64,000 nucleotides of DNA from an uncultured bacterium (GCA_903937035.1 CAIZXS010000009.1:11141-75140); one strand, 5' to 3'; positions 1 to 11,030 are shown, counted from the stretch's first letter. Notes: a model not told the origin generated them from the sequence alone. A program made the numbers and translations.

Positions 1-22
1 TTGAAGATAAAGATAAATAATT

Positions 23-883
23 ATGTCAGAACAAGCGACTATTACAACCAATTCTGAAATCATGGAAACGCCAAGCGCTCCGGTGAGCCATGAAGCAACG
101 CTTTTTGCTGAGCCATTGGGACATATTGGAAGCCTTACCGTTACCAATTCATTGCTGGCTAGTTGGATTGCTGTTTTTGTGTTGGTCATGTTTCTTTTGT
201 CTGTTGGTAAGAGAGTTCGGAAAGTGCCGAGGGGCGTACAGAATATTTTTGAAATTATTCTGGAAAAAGCTCTAGAATTGGCTGACAGCGTGACTGGTTC
301 AAGAAAAAAATCAGAAAAGTTTCTACCAATCTCATTGGCTCTATTTCTTTTCATCTTTGTGAATAATTGGATGGGACTTCTTCCGGGAATGGGAACAATC
401 GGTTTTAATGAGGTGGAAGATGGACATAAGCTTTTCATCCCGCTTTTTCGCGGAGGAACGGCTGACATCAACACGACACTGGCGCTAGCACTTTTTGCGG
501 TTATTGCTTCGCATGTGGCTGGTGTGCTCACGGTTGGCGCGTGGAATTATTTCAATAAATTTGTGAACATTAAGCTTCTCCTGGAGATTCCAGGAAAGAT
601 TAGAAAAGATTTCACAATCGTACTGGTTAACCCGATTAAGATTTTTGTTGGTCTAGTGGAAATTATTAGTGAATTTGCCAAGATGGCTTCACTTACTTTT
701 CGTCTTTTTGGCAACATTTTCGCGGGAGAAGTGCTCCTGGCTTCGATGATGGCGCTTTTCGCCTATATCTTGCCACTGCCATTTATGTTTTTGGAAATGA
801 TTGTGGGAATAATTCAGGCGCTCATTTTTTCGATACTGGCCATGGTGTATATGACAATAGCAACGCAAGAGCATGAACATTAG
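23..883 (+). CDS. atpB: ATP synthase Fo subunit a
   Basis: Multi-TM protein with SLTFRLFGNIFAGE (essential Arg) and IQALIF motif; first gene of the atp operon. Confidence 0.97.
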   Translation: MSEQATITTNSEIMETPSAPVSHEATLFAEPLGHIGSLTVTNSLLASWIAVFVLVMFLLSVGKRVRKVPRGVQNIFEIILEKALELADSVTGSRKKSEKFLPISLALFLFIFVNNWMGLLPGMGTIGFNEVEDGHKLFIPLFRGGTADINTTLALALFAVIASHVAGVLTVGAWNYFNKFVNIKLLLEIPGKIRKDFTIVLVNPIKIFVGLVEIISEFAKMASLTFRLFGNIFAGEVLLASMMALFAYILPLPFMFLEMIVGIIQALIFSILAMVYMTIATQEHEH

Positions 884-905
884 AGTTAATTAATTTTTTT
901 AATTT

Positions 906-954
906 ATTCTCACGGCGACGTTAAAAACAATAAAATTTAGTCGACCGTAAGAGT
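906..954 (+). promoter_or_regulatory. Stem-loop in the atpE leader
   Basis: ATTCTCACGGCGAC (906-919) pairs with GTCGACCGTAAGAGT (940-954) with one mismatch and one bulge. Confidence 0.5.
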
Positions 955-956
955 AG

Positions 957-1181
<225 letters not shown>

Positions 1182-1195
1182 TCTAGCGAATTTAT

Positions 1196-1227
1196 TCGAT
1201 TTCTCTTTGCTAGCAGAGGGAAATCGA
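1196..1227 (+). promoter_or_regulatory. Long hairpin 3' of atpE (stabiliser or partial terminator)
   Basis: TCGATTTCTCTTTGC-TA-GCAGAGGGAAATCGA, 15-bp stem with G-U pairs. Confidence 0.6.
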
Positions 1228-1242
1228 GATAAGCACGCTAAA

Positions 1243-1336
1243 AATTGTTAAATTGTTTCATTGCTAAATTGTTTTTTAAATAACGATTTAACGATTTAAC
1301 GACTTAACAATTTAACCATTTAGCAATATAACAATA
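1243..1336. repeat. Inverted arrays of 8-nt tandem repeats
   Basis: 4 x AATTGTTW-like units (1243-1274) face 7 x TAACRATT-like units (1281-1336). Confidence 0.85.
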
Positions 1337-1341
1337 TATTT

Positions 1342-1830
1342 ATGGACGAACTCATCAAAACATTCCACATTGAAGTTAATCTCCTTGTGGCACAGATGGT
1401 TAACTTTGCTATCGTGCTCTTTGTGCTCTACAAATTTGCCTACAAGCCAGTTCTGAAAACTCTCAATAGCCGAACGAACAAAATTGAAAAAGGCCTTGAA
1501 GACGCTGACGCAGCTGGAAAAAAACTGGAAGAGATTGTTGAGAAAGAAAAGGAAGTGATGGCAGTGGCCAAAAAAGAAGCGCAAGAAATCATCAAAGCGG
1601 CTGAGGAGCAAGCCAAGGCCAATTCAATGAGTATCGTGCTGGAAGCGAGAAATCAGAGTGAGAAACTGCTAGTCAGCGCTAAGAGTCAGATCGAACAAGA
1701 GAAAAATAAGATGCTCACAGAAGTGAAAGGCGAAATTGCTAATTTAGTAGTTTTGGCGACAGAGAAGATTATTGGGGAGAAATTGGATCAGAATAAAGAT
1801 AGGGAATTGATTGAGAAGGCGATAAGATAA
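1342..1830 (+). CDS. atpF: ATP synthase Fo subunit b
   Basis: N-terminal TM with QMVNF...YKP, then a coiled coil. Confidence 0.96.
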   Translation: MDELIKTFHIEVNLLVAQMVNFAIVLFVLYKFAYKPVLKTLNSRTNKIEKGLEDADAAGKKLEEIVEKEKEVMAVAKKEAQEIIKAAEEQAKANSMSIVLEARNQSEKLLVSAKSQIEQEKNKMLTEVKGEIANLVVLATEKIIGEKLDQNKDRELIEKAIR

Positions 1831-1831
1831 T

Positions 1832-1866
1832 CATGCAACATGAAGCATGAAACATGTAACATAAAT
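1832..1866. repeat. 7-nt tandem repeat (CATGNAA)
   Basis: CATGCAA CATGAAG CATGAAA CATGTAA CATAAAT. Confidence 0.75.
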
Positions 1867-1872
1867 TAGAAT

Positions 1873-2274
1873 ATGCGAATAACATCAACACAATACGCAA
1901 AATCACTATACGAAGCAACTGCGGAAAAATCTCCCGGCGAGGTGGATGTTTTGGTGTCTAATTTTGTGAAAGTGTTGGCTAAAAATGGACAGATGAGACT
2001 GAAGAATGAAATTTTGCGAAAATTTGAAGTGGTATCGAACATGAAAAACGGAATCGTTGTGGCGGAAGTGAAATCGCGTGAAAAATTGAGCGAAGGAATG
2101 ATTGAAAAATTGATGGGTTTTATTAAAGCTAAATATCAAGCAGAAAAAGTGGTAATTGAAAATATTATTGATGAAAAGATTGGTGGCGGGGTGATTGTGA
2201 AAGTGGGGGATGAGATTTTTGACGCGAGCGTGAAGGGGCAACTCAAAAAAATGCAATATATTTTAGGGAAATAA
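1873..2274 (+). CDS. atpH: ATP synthase F1 subunit delta (short form)
   Basis: YAKSL N-terminus; C-terminal [26 protein letters not shown] motif. Confidence 0.93.
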   Translation: MRITSTQYAKSLYEATAEKSPGEVDVLVSNFVKVLAKNGQMRLKNEILRKFEVVSNMKNGIVVAEVKSREKLSEGMIEKLMGFIKAKYQAEKVVIENIIDEKIGGGVIVKVGDEIFDASVKGQLKKMQYILGK

Positions 2275-2279
2275 TTTAT

Positions 2280-2307
2280 TTTAAAATTTTAAATTTCAAA
2301 TTAAAAA
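2280..2307. repeat. AT-rich 7-nt tandem repeat
   Basis: TTTAAAA TTTTAAA TTTCAAA TTAAAAA. Confidence 0.45.
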
Positions 2308-2309
2308 TT

Positions 2310-3893
2310 ATGAATAAAGACTACATCATCGAACAACTGAAAAAACAAATTGGCGAATTTGAAAGTGTTGCCACGACAGAAAAAGTCGGAACCGTGGTGG
2401 AAATCGGTGACGGCGTGGCGCGGATCATTGGATTGGAAAATGCGGTGTCGAGTGAAATGCTTGAGTTCGTACCCTCCTCCGCCAAGGCTACGGCGGGCGA
2501 TGTCGAAATGAAGGCCGACTTGTCCGCCGAAGCTTCAGCGAAGGCGGAACCGATTTATGGAATGGTGCTTAATCTTGAAGAAGATCGGATTGGAGCGATG
2601 ATTTTGGGTGCTTATGAAGGTATCAAAGAAGGCGACACCGTGCGCTCAACCGGGCGCGTGCTTTCTGTGCCGGTTTCAGAGAATTTTATTGGACGCGTGA
2701 TTAATCCACTGGGAGTTCCGATTGATGGCAAGGGAGCAATCGCAGCAGATAAATTCATGCCGATTGAAAAAATTGCACCGGGTGTGATCACTCGAAAATC
2801 TGTGCATCAGCCGTTGCAAACTGGGATCAAAGCGATTGATGCAATGATTCCAATTGGTCGCGGACAACGCGAACTGATCATTGGAGACCGTCAAACAGGA
2901 AAGACTGCGATTGCAGTGGACACTATCATCAATCAAAAAGGTCAAAATGTGAAATGTATCTATGTGGCAATTGGACAAAAAGAATCTAAGATTGCGAGAA
3001 TTGTAGCAGAATTGGAAGCACGTGGAGCAATGGAATATACGACTGTGGTTGTGGCCGGCGCATCTGATCCAGCGCCACTATCATACATCGCACCCTATGC
3101 TGGTTGTACATTGGGAGAATTCTTTATGGACAAAGGTGAGGACGTGCTCATAATTTACGATGACCTTTCTCGTCACGCTTGGGCTTATCGTCAAATTTCT
3201 CTCATTCTTCGTCGCCCACCAGGACGTGAAGCCTATCCTGGCGATGTTTTCTATATTCATTCCAGACTTCTTGAGCGTAGTGCAAAACTAAATGAAAATT
3301 TTGGCGGTGGTTCAATTACAGCATTGCCAATTATTGAAACGCAATCGGGCGACGTGAGTGCCTACATTCCAACAAACGTGATTTCCATTACGGATGGTCA
3401 AATTTATCTGGAAGCTGATTTATTCTACAAAGGAATTCGCCCAGCACTTAATGTGGGAATTTCCGTGTCGCGCGTGGGTTCTTCCGCGCAAACCAAGGCG
3501 ATGAAAAAAGTGGCGGGAAAATTGCGCTTGGATATTGCCCAGTTCCGAGAGCTCGAAGCGTTTGCTCAATTCGGATCTGATCTTGATGAAAACACCAGGC
3601 AACGCATTGAAAGAGGACGCAGAACCGTAGAAATTTTGAAGCAAGGTCAATATGAGCCGATGCTTGTCGAGCATCAGGTGGCCATTATCTACGCTGTGAT
3701 CAATGGATTCTTGGACGACGTGGCGGTGGAACAAGTAGCCAACTGGGAACGTGATTTTCACAAATATCTTGATTCATCAGCGAAACCGGTCATGGATTTA
3801 ATTTCCGAGAAAAAGGATTTAACAGATGAGGTAGTGGAAAGACTGGTTGGAGCGATTAAAGAGTTTAAAGAAGTATATCAAAACGGTCACTAA
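2310..3893 (+). CDS. atpA: ATP synthase F1 subunit alpha with an in-frame repeat insertion
   Basis: GDGVAR, Walker [22 protein letters not shown]; ~25 aa insertion after EMLEF. Confidence 0.98.
   Translation: MNKDYIIEQLKKQIGEFESVATTEKVGTVVEIGDGVARIIGLENAVSSEMLEFVPSSAKATAGDVEMKADLSAEASAKAEPIYGMVLNLEEDRIGAMILGAYEGIKEGDTVRSTGRVLSVPVSENFIGRVINPLGVPIDGKGAIAADKFMPIEKIAPGVITRKSVHQPLQTGIKAIDAMIPIGRGQRELIIGDRQTGKTAIAVDTIINQKGQNVKCIYVAIGQKESKIARIVAELEARGAMEYTTVVVAGASDPAPLSYIAPYAGCTLGEFFMDKGEDVLIIYDDLSRHAWAYRQISLILRRPPGREAYPGDVFYIHSRLLERSAKLNENFGGGSITALPIIETQSGDVSAYIPTNVISITDGQIYLEADLFYKGIRPALNVGISVSRVGSSAQTKAMKKVAGKLRLDIAQFRELEAFAQFGSDLDENTRQRIERGRRTVEILKQGQYEPMLVEHQVAIIYAVINGFLDDVAVEQVANWERDFHKYLDSSAKPVMDLISEKKDLTDEVVERLVGAIKEFKEVYQNGH
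2472..2548. repeat. REP-like inverted pair inserted in frame in atpA
   Basis: CCCTCCTCCGCCAAGGCTACGGCGGGCG is an imperfect reverse complement of TGTCCGCCGAAGCTTCAGCGAAGGCGGA; the region encodes PSSAKATAG...[10 protein letters not shown]. Confidence 0.8.
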
Positions 3894-3899
3894 AAAAAT

Positions 3900-4859
3900 A
3901 TGAATTCAGCACGCGACATCAAACGTCGAATTAAATCGATTAATAATACTAAAAAAATCACCCGCGCGATGGAGATGGTTTCGGCTGCCAAAATGCGCAG
4001 GAGTGTTGCCAGCGTGGTGGGAATCCGACCCTATGCTCACTCAGCTTGGAGCGTGCTCACGAACTTAGCCAGAGCTTTCAAGGATCATCAGACAGGACTT
4101 TTGGAAGTGCGTGAAGTAAGAAGTGTTTTGGTGATTGCCATTGCGTCAAACCGGGGACTGTGCGGATCATTCAATGCGCAGGTGGCGAAAAAAATTAAAG
4201 ATGAAATTAGCAACCCAGAAAAATTAAAAGTTAATCGGATTGGAGATAAAAAATTGGAATCAAGCGTGCCGAATGTGGATTTGAAAATCGATTTCATTAC
4301 CGTTGGTAAAAAAGGCGAAGCGATGGTGAGGAGACTTGGCAAAGAAATTGTGGCCACTTTTCCAGAGCTAACCTATTTGCCAAAAATTGAAGATGTGCGG
4401 GCTGTTGCCAAAATTGTGATTGCGGATTATCTGGAGAAGAAATATGACAAAGTTGCCGTGATCTATACCGATTTTGTTTCCGCCATCAATCAACAAACAA
4501 AAATCAGACAAATCTTGCCAGTTTCAAAGATTGACCTGGAAAAGCAGATTGCTGAGATGGATATTTTGGCTAATGAAGTAGGTCTTAATGAGCCTGATTT
4601 GGAATACAAGATTGAACCAAGTCCAAAAGAACTCTTGGACTATATTTTTCCGCGTCTGATTGAAATGCAGATTTATCACGCCATTCTCGAATCGAACGCT
4701 TCCAAAGAATCTTCCAGAATGCTAGCTATGCGAAACGCCACGGATGCAGCGGGGGAGATGGCAGATGGACTCACGCTGGCCTACAACCAACTCAGACAAG
4801 CGAAAATTACACAGGAGATCGCGGAAATTTCAGCGGGGAAGGCGACACTTGAACAGTAG
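3900..4859 (+). CDS. atpG: ATP synthase F1 subunit gamma
   Basis: KITRAMEMVSAAK, RGLCGSFN, RQAKITQEIAEI motifs. Confidence 0.98.
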   Translation: MNSARDIKRRIKSINNTKKITRAMEMVSAAKMRRSVASVVGIRPYAHSAWSVLTNLARAFKDHQTGLLEVREVRSVLVIAIASNRGLCGSFNAQVAKKIKDEISNPEKLKVNRIGDKKLESSVPNVDLKIDFITVGKKGEAMVRRLGKEIVATFPELTYLPKIEDVRAVAKIVIADYLEKKYDKVAVIYTDFVSAINQQTKIRQILPVSKIDLEKQIAEMDILANEVGLNEPDLEYKIEPSPKELLDYIFPRLIEMQIYHAILESNASKESSRMLAMRNATDAAGEMADGLTLAYNQLRQAKITQEIAEISAGKATLEQ

Positions 4860-4999
4860 ACAGGAAGCAGTGAGCAGAAGACAGTAATTGAGAATAATTT
4901 ATTTATAACACATTAGTATTTAATAACATTTCACAGTGGTCAAGGAATAGAAATCAGTATGGAAAATACTGTTCACTGTTCACTGTTCACTGCTCACTG
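4854..4999. repeat. Inverted arrays of 7-nt repeats (CAGTRAR / YTCACTG)
   Basis: CAGTAGA CAGGAAG CAGTGAG CAGAAGA CAGTAAT (4854-4888) face AATACTG TTCACTG x3 CTCACTG (4965-4999). Confidence 0.85.
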
Positions 5000-5000
5000 A

Positions 5001-6386
<1,386 letters not shown>

Positions 6387-6411
6387 TATAACAGGGTAAT
6401 ATATTAACTCT

Positions 6412-6855
6412 ATGTCTGAATCAAAGATAAATTTTAAAATAGTTACTTCGGAAAAAACCGTCTATGAAGATGTGATTGATCAAGCGACTTTTATGACGAC
6501 CGATGGCCAGATTACGATCTTGCCAAATCACCGTTCATATATTACAAGTCTTGAGTCAGGTGAGGCGATGGTAAGGATTAAGGGGGAGGAAGTCTTTCTT
6601 TCTATTTCTGGCGGATTTATCGAGTTTCATAACAACACTCTCATAGTCCTCGCTGACACGGCTGAGCGGGCGGAAGAGATTGACCTTGCACGCGCGGAAG
6701 AAGCGCGAAAGCGGGCTGAAGAATTGAAAAAAGAGGCAATCTCAATGGACGATGAAGACTATGCGCGTGTTGCGGCGGCAATTCAAAAAGAATCAGCCAG
6801 AATCCGCGTGGCGAAAAAGCATTATACGAAGAAGGGGATTAATATTGGTCAATAA
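6412..6855 (+). CDS. atpC: ATP synthase F1 subunit epsilon
   Basis: GQITILPNH, GGFIEF, ADTAERAEEIDL. Confidence 0.96.
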   Translation: MSESKINFKIVTSEKTVYEDVIDQATFMTTDGQITILPNHRSYITSLESGEAMVRIKGEEVFLSISGGFIEFHNNTLIVLADTAERAEEIDLARAEEARKRAEELKKEAISMDDEDYARVAAAIQKESARIRVAKKHYTKKGINIGQ

Positions 6856-6957
6856 TTCTCCTAGTGGCATCACTGCCTACCGGTAGCACGCTGCCAAAGG
6901 TTATGGCCGACGGAGCGCGGGCAGGCGAATGTATGAATAAATAAATTTCTCAAAATA

Positions 6958-7106
6958 GTCTCCTCGCCCCTCGGGAGAGGATGTCCGAAGGACAGGTGAG
7001 GGTGCTTACTAATACAGAGAAATTATCAGTTAAATTAAGTTTTTTTTGTTTTTGAAAGAACCCTCATCCGCCCTTCGGGCACCTTCTCCCGGAGGGAGAA
7101 GAGGAT
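6958..7106. repeat. REP doublet (REPIN-like), family A copy 1
   Basis: GTCTCCTCGCCCCTCGGGAGAGG...GGTGAGGGT and the inverted ACCCTCATCCG...CCTTCTCCCGGAGGGAGAAG around an AT-rich spacer; homologous to 22661-22816. Confidence 0.85.
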
Positions 7107-7143
7107 ATAAAAATAAGTTTACTAAAAATTAAAAAATACTATT

Positions 7144-7935
7144 ATGTTAGACGGTAGTAACTATTTTGATAAGCCGGCAAAAAATGATGTCGAGAATTTA
7201 TGGGAAAAATCCCAGGAAAATAAGCTCATCCGAGATTTGAAGGAAGGTAGGAATTTGCAAGAGGTGATGGAATCTTTGGATAATTTCCAAGAAGCCTTTA
7301 CGACGCTGGACGTGATTGTTTGTTCAGACGGAAGAGTTTTGCCTTCTAGCGGAGCAAAGCTTGGCTTGGCCGGGGAAGGTATTCTTCTTAGTCAAGAAGA
7401 ACTGGATCATTTTATCGTAGAATACAAGGGTAAGATTGCAAAAGTGACTAGTCATGAAGATTGTGGCGCAGCGGGTAAGGCGTTCAAAGATCAGAAAATT
7501 GAAACCGGGACCGCCGATGAATTGGGCGAGAATTTTGCTGAGTGGCTAGCGAAGCAATTGGGCGCCACATATGAACATATTCCGATGAAAGACATGAAAA
7601 ATTCTGTTCACAATGAGCGGGCAATTTGTTTTGATGGCACGGGGAAATTCAATCCAGCCACACTCACAGAAATGCCCGGACATTTTGTTTCTAGTGGCTT
7701 TGGCTTCGGTTTGAGTGAGGAATATATGAAAGAAGAGCTGGGAATACTAACCGGAATTGCGCTGGGTGATCATGGATTTGGAAAAAGATTTACCGGAGAG
7801 GATAAATTCTATATTATTGTTTCTGCTAAAGACGCGCAGCAGTTGGAGGAGATGAAATCAATCGCAAAAGAAGCAGTTGCGAAATTTGGAGACAGCGTGG
7901 ATGTGGTTGGTTTTGTGCATGAGACCGGAAAGTAG
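7144..7935 (+). CDS. Beta-carbonic-anhydrase-like metal-binding protein
   Basis: CSDGR and HEDCGA match the CxDxR / HxxC Zn ligand pattern. Confidence 0.6.
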   Translation: MLDGSNYFDKPAKNDVENLWEKSQENKLIRDLKEGRNLQEVMESLDNFQEAFTTLDVIVCSDGRVLPSSGAKLGLAGEGILLSQEELDHFIVEYKGKIAKVTSHEDCGAAGKAFKDQKIETGTADELGENFAEWLAKQLGATYEHIPMKDMKNSVHNERAICFDGTGKFNPATLTEMPGHFVSSGFGFGLSEEYMKEELGILTGIALGDHGFGKRFTGEDKFYIIVSAKDAQQLEEMKSIAKEAVAKFGDSVDVVGFVHETGK

Positions 7936-8062
7936 GGCGCTTTTTGTAAAATTGACGAGAAATTGATTTAGGTATATATTACTAAGTTGTGTGGCGAAAC
8001 TTGTCCGGAACATCGGACGGGTTTTATTATTGTTATTTGACAGGTTAATGGGAGGTGTGGGA

Positions 8063-8998
8063 ATGTGGGATTATAGAAAGAGAGACATTATTACAACGAA
8101 GAAGTTTTTTCATGGAGGTAATCATGATGGATGTGGGCAGCTGGCGATATTATCATCAGCCTATAAGCATTTTCCGTTTATGATGACATGCATGAAAAAC
8201 TCTTACTGCGGGTTAGTTGGTCCAAATCATGCTTACCGAAAGCCCTATGATCTGCTTTCGGCAAATGCTTTTCCGCAGAAGATTGTTAAGCGAAGTCGAA
8301 CTGCGGTTAGAGCACTTAAGCTGGCTATCAATGTGCACGGCGTACAAAGGATTCTTCTTTTCCAGGGGCCAGATTTTCATGAGAATAATGCTTCTTCGCG
8401 ATTTAGGACACGATGGGACGAAGAAGTCTTTCATAAGCAAAATCTGATGGAGGCATCAAGGACAATCAATATTCTTCATCCAGATGTTGAAGTTGTGATC
8501 GTCTATTTTCGCATAATAAACGAAGGGCGAGACGCGCAGTTTGTTGAAATTTCAATGGATGGGGATGAGACTGTTCGACTAGTGACGCCGTATGTAAATT
8601 TCGAAAGCTGCCAAGTAGCGATAATTCTTTGTATGGACTATCGCTTTGCAAAACAGGGGATAGACTGTGTTAGGGAGTTTGTAGGCAGCCCATTTGAAAT
8701 TATCAGTTTTGCTGGAGCAATCGGTAGCTTCATAGAGGGGTCGGACCATGCGCGAAAAGCTGTGGCCGTTGCTTACAAAAGGGGATGCCGAAAATTTGTG
8801 GCTCAGCCACATCAAGATTGCGGATATTTTAAGAGTTCAATGTCTTTCACAAATCCTGAAGAGGAGCAGATGTTTCATGAAGGACAAGTCGAAGAATTCA
8901 GGAGTATGATGCTAAGTGAGTATGCTGATGTTGAAGTTATCGGCATTTACAATGGACTCACTGAAGATTTATCGAGGATAAGGTATATGGCTTGTTAA
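8063..8998 (+). CDS. Two-domain carbonic-anhydrase-like protein with a degenerate N-terminal copy
   Basis: C-half has CMDYR and HQDCG; N-half shows the same spacing without the ligands; start set at ATG 8063 behind GGAGGTG. Confidence 0.6.
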   Translation: MWDYRKRDIITTKKFFHGGNHDGCGQLAILSSAYKHFPFMMTCMKNSYCGLVGPNHAYRKPYDLLSANAFPQKIVKRSRTAVRALKLAINVHGVQRILLFQGPDFHENNASSRFRTRWDEEVFHKQNLMEASRTINILHPDVEVVIVYFRIINEGRDAQFVEISMDGDETVRLVTPYVNFESCQVAIILCMDYRFAKQGIDCVREFVGSPFEIISFAGAIGSFIEGSDHARKAVAVAYKRGCRKFVAQPHQDCGYFKSSMSFTNPEEEQMFHEGQVEEFRSMMLSEYADVEVIGIYNGLTEDLSRIRYMAC

Positions 8999-9045
8999 AA
9001 GCTCACCTTCTTTTGCTTAATCTACGTTCACAACAAACAATCAAC

Positions 9046-9085
9046 GCCCGTTCAGATATTACTTCTGAACGGGCTGTAGTTTTTT
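9046..9085 (+). terminator. Intrinsic terminator
   Basis: GCCCGTTCAGA-loop-TCTGAACGGGC followed by a T tract. Confidence 0.7.
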
Positions 9086-9256
9086 ATGGGCGCTTGCGCA
9101 AAAGATAGGAATCTAGTAGGATTTAAAAAAGTTCAAGAGGAATTGACTAATATTGGCCCATTTAAGCCAAAGCAGGCTTTTGGGAGATTTTGATTGACAT
9201 TTGTTTGAATCTGTGCTATTGTTCAATGTTAATAATAAATTGGACAAATTATACAT

Positions 9257-9961
9257 ATGGGTAATAACAAAGAAATTAGCTTAGAAATGATTGTGCGTAG
9301 TTGGCGGACAATTTTAGTTTCCACTGTTGTTTTTTCTGTCGTGGCATTTTTCATAAGCACCATCATTGCTCCGCAATATGGCAGTGAAACGCAGATTTTG
9401 ATTTTGCAAAAAAGTGTGGACATCGATGCTTATCGCGCCACAAAGTCTTCTGAGTTTGCTGGTGAGGTGTTGACTCGCGTGGTCAGTTCATCTGATTTCA
9501 TGACAGGGGCGCTTGCAAAGGCAGGGGAGAATTATCTTAAATATGGCGCTACCCCAGAAGATCAGATGAAAAATTGGAACAAAGCAATCAACGTATCCAA
9601 CTTTGGTAGCACAGGAATCATCAAGATCGAAGTTTCTGATACCAGCAAAAAAGAAGATCGCAAGATGACGGAAGCGATTATCTCCGAGCTTTTGGACAAT
9701 GGTGTTAAGTATCATGGTAATGAAAACATCACACTGAAAAAAATTGGTGGTCCAGTCTATTTTAGTGACCCAGTCTTCCCAATTATCTGGCTCAATGTTT
9801 TGGCCGCAGCAATTGCAGGAATATTTTTCTCAATCGGCTTGGTATTCGTTTTGGGCGAAAGAGTGACATCTTGGTTTTCCAAAGGATCTCATGAGAGTTA
9901 TGATTATGCGAATAGTGGCCTAGTGGGTGGAGCATTCGAATATCGCAGAGATAGTTTTTAA
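9257..9961 (+). CDS. Wzz/YveK-like polysaccharide chain-length determinant
   Basis: Two terminal TM helices, P-x-Y-x-S after TM1, PVFP...LNV before TM2. Confidence 0.8.
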   Translation: MGNNKEISLEMIVRSWRTILVSTVVFSVVAFFISTIIAPQYGSETQILILQKSVDIDAYRATKSSEFAGEVLTRVVSSSDFMTGALAKAGENYLKYGATPEDQMKNWNKAINVSNFGSTGIIKIEVSDTSKKEDRKMTEAIISELLDNGVKYHGNENITLKKIGGPVYFSDPVFPIIWLNVLAAAIAGIFFSIGLVFVLGERVTSWFSKGSHESYDYANSGLVGGAFEYRRDSF

Positions 9962-10212
9962 GCTATGGTTTGTTTTTCTTTTAGTCCTGACTTTTTTTAA
10001 AAAGGCAGGACGAATAAGAAACGCAAGTTTCAAGGATTGTTCTTTTGAAAAAACCGCTTAACCAATCGAGTTTGGAATAGATGTATTTTGCAGATTGGAT
10101 TGGCTAAGCGGAAAATCCCTTGCATACCAACAAGGGTTAACGTTTTTTTCTGGCGTTGATTGGTAGTCATCGCTAATGCGTGCCTGCGCGAAAAACAGGC
10201 GGAGGGAGAATT

Positions 10213-10824
10213 ATGAGAAGATGGATTTCAGGTATCTTAGGAGGGTTATTTGTACTGGCTGTGATAATTGGCGTGGGGTATTACGGTAATTATCTTTGGA
10301 ATCAAGGAATAATTAGAAATCTCTCTTCCAGAGGGACGGCGGCGGATCATTTAGTTTTGGACAGATCCGAACCATCAACGCTTCGTTATGAGCTTCCGCA
10401 AGTTTCGGCGGCGCAGCAGTCACCAGCACTTCCCGTTGGAGAAAAAACGATGACAATTGACAAGCTCATCGTCAGGGAGGTTGTTGTTGACAGACAAACT
10501 GTTGAAAATTCGCATGTGAAGAAGAAGGAGGTTGATTATTCACATACGAAAAAAAAGGAAGTCGATCAGGAACAAGTGAAGTGTCAGAAAGTTGACCATT
10601 CAAAGGTCGACTATCAAGATGTCGATTACTCGCATGTCAAGCGCCAAGATGTCGACGACCAGTATGTCAATCGTCAGCATATCAACAAGCGGCGCACTGG
10701 TGGAGGCGCAGTCGCAAGGGTTGCGACAAAAGCTCCTTGTCCATCGGGCGTATGCAGCGAGTACGCCTGGAATCCGGCGGATTCCCGCCAGCCTGCTCAG
10801 GGGACAGTGTCCCTGAGGCAGTAG
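10213..10824 (+). CDS. Membrane-anchored orphan protein with 16 pentapeptide (V/I-x-x-x-x) repeats
   Basis: GGAGGGAG SD before ATG 10213; N-terminal TM; repeats at 10456-10695; C-terminal PCPSGVC...WNPAD tail. Confidence 0.75.
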   Translation: MRRWISGILGGLFVLAVIIGVGYYGNYLWNQGIIRNLSSRGTAADHLVLDRSEPSTLRYELPQVSAAQQSPALPVGEKTMTIDKLIVREVVVDRQTVENSHVKKKEVDYSHTKKKEVDQEQVKCQKVDHSKVDYQDVDYSHVKRQDVDDQYVNRQHINKRRTGGGAVARVATKAPCPSGVCSEYAWNPADSRQPAQGTVSLRQ

Positions 10825-11030
10825 AAAATCGATCCTGGGGTGTGTCGTGCATGCACGCATACTCTAGGATTGTCTCAAATTAAAAATTACATTTCTTTAG
10901 AACATATAAGATTAATTACTTATATATTTCATAAGGAGTGGAAATTTAGCTCCGATGTTCTTATCAGAATAAGTCTTCTCGTGGAAGACTATGAAATTAA
11001 ACACTTTTTATAAAGAGAAGGGAGTCTATT
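10735..11030 (+). repeat. Direct repeat copy 1 (C-terminal peptide tail + 3' hairpin + structured leader)
   Basis: Aligns with 11385-11736, sharing GCCTGGAATCC, CAGGGGACAGTGTCCC and AATTACATTTCTTTAGRACATATAAGATTAATTRCTTATATATTTCATAAGGAGTGG. Confidence 0.9.

Noticed and set aside
1243-1336. CRISPR array
   Set aside because: Units are 7-8 nt with no spacers and there are no cas genes; the same applies to the other short arrays
6873-6924. tRNA or ncRNA after atpC
   Set aside because: GC-rich and foldable, but no T-loop GTTCRA, anticodon arm or acceptor geometry; probably a decayed REP
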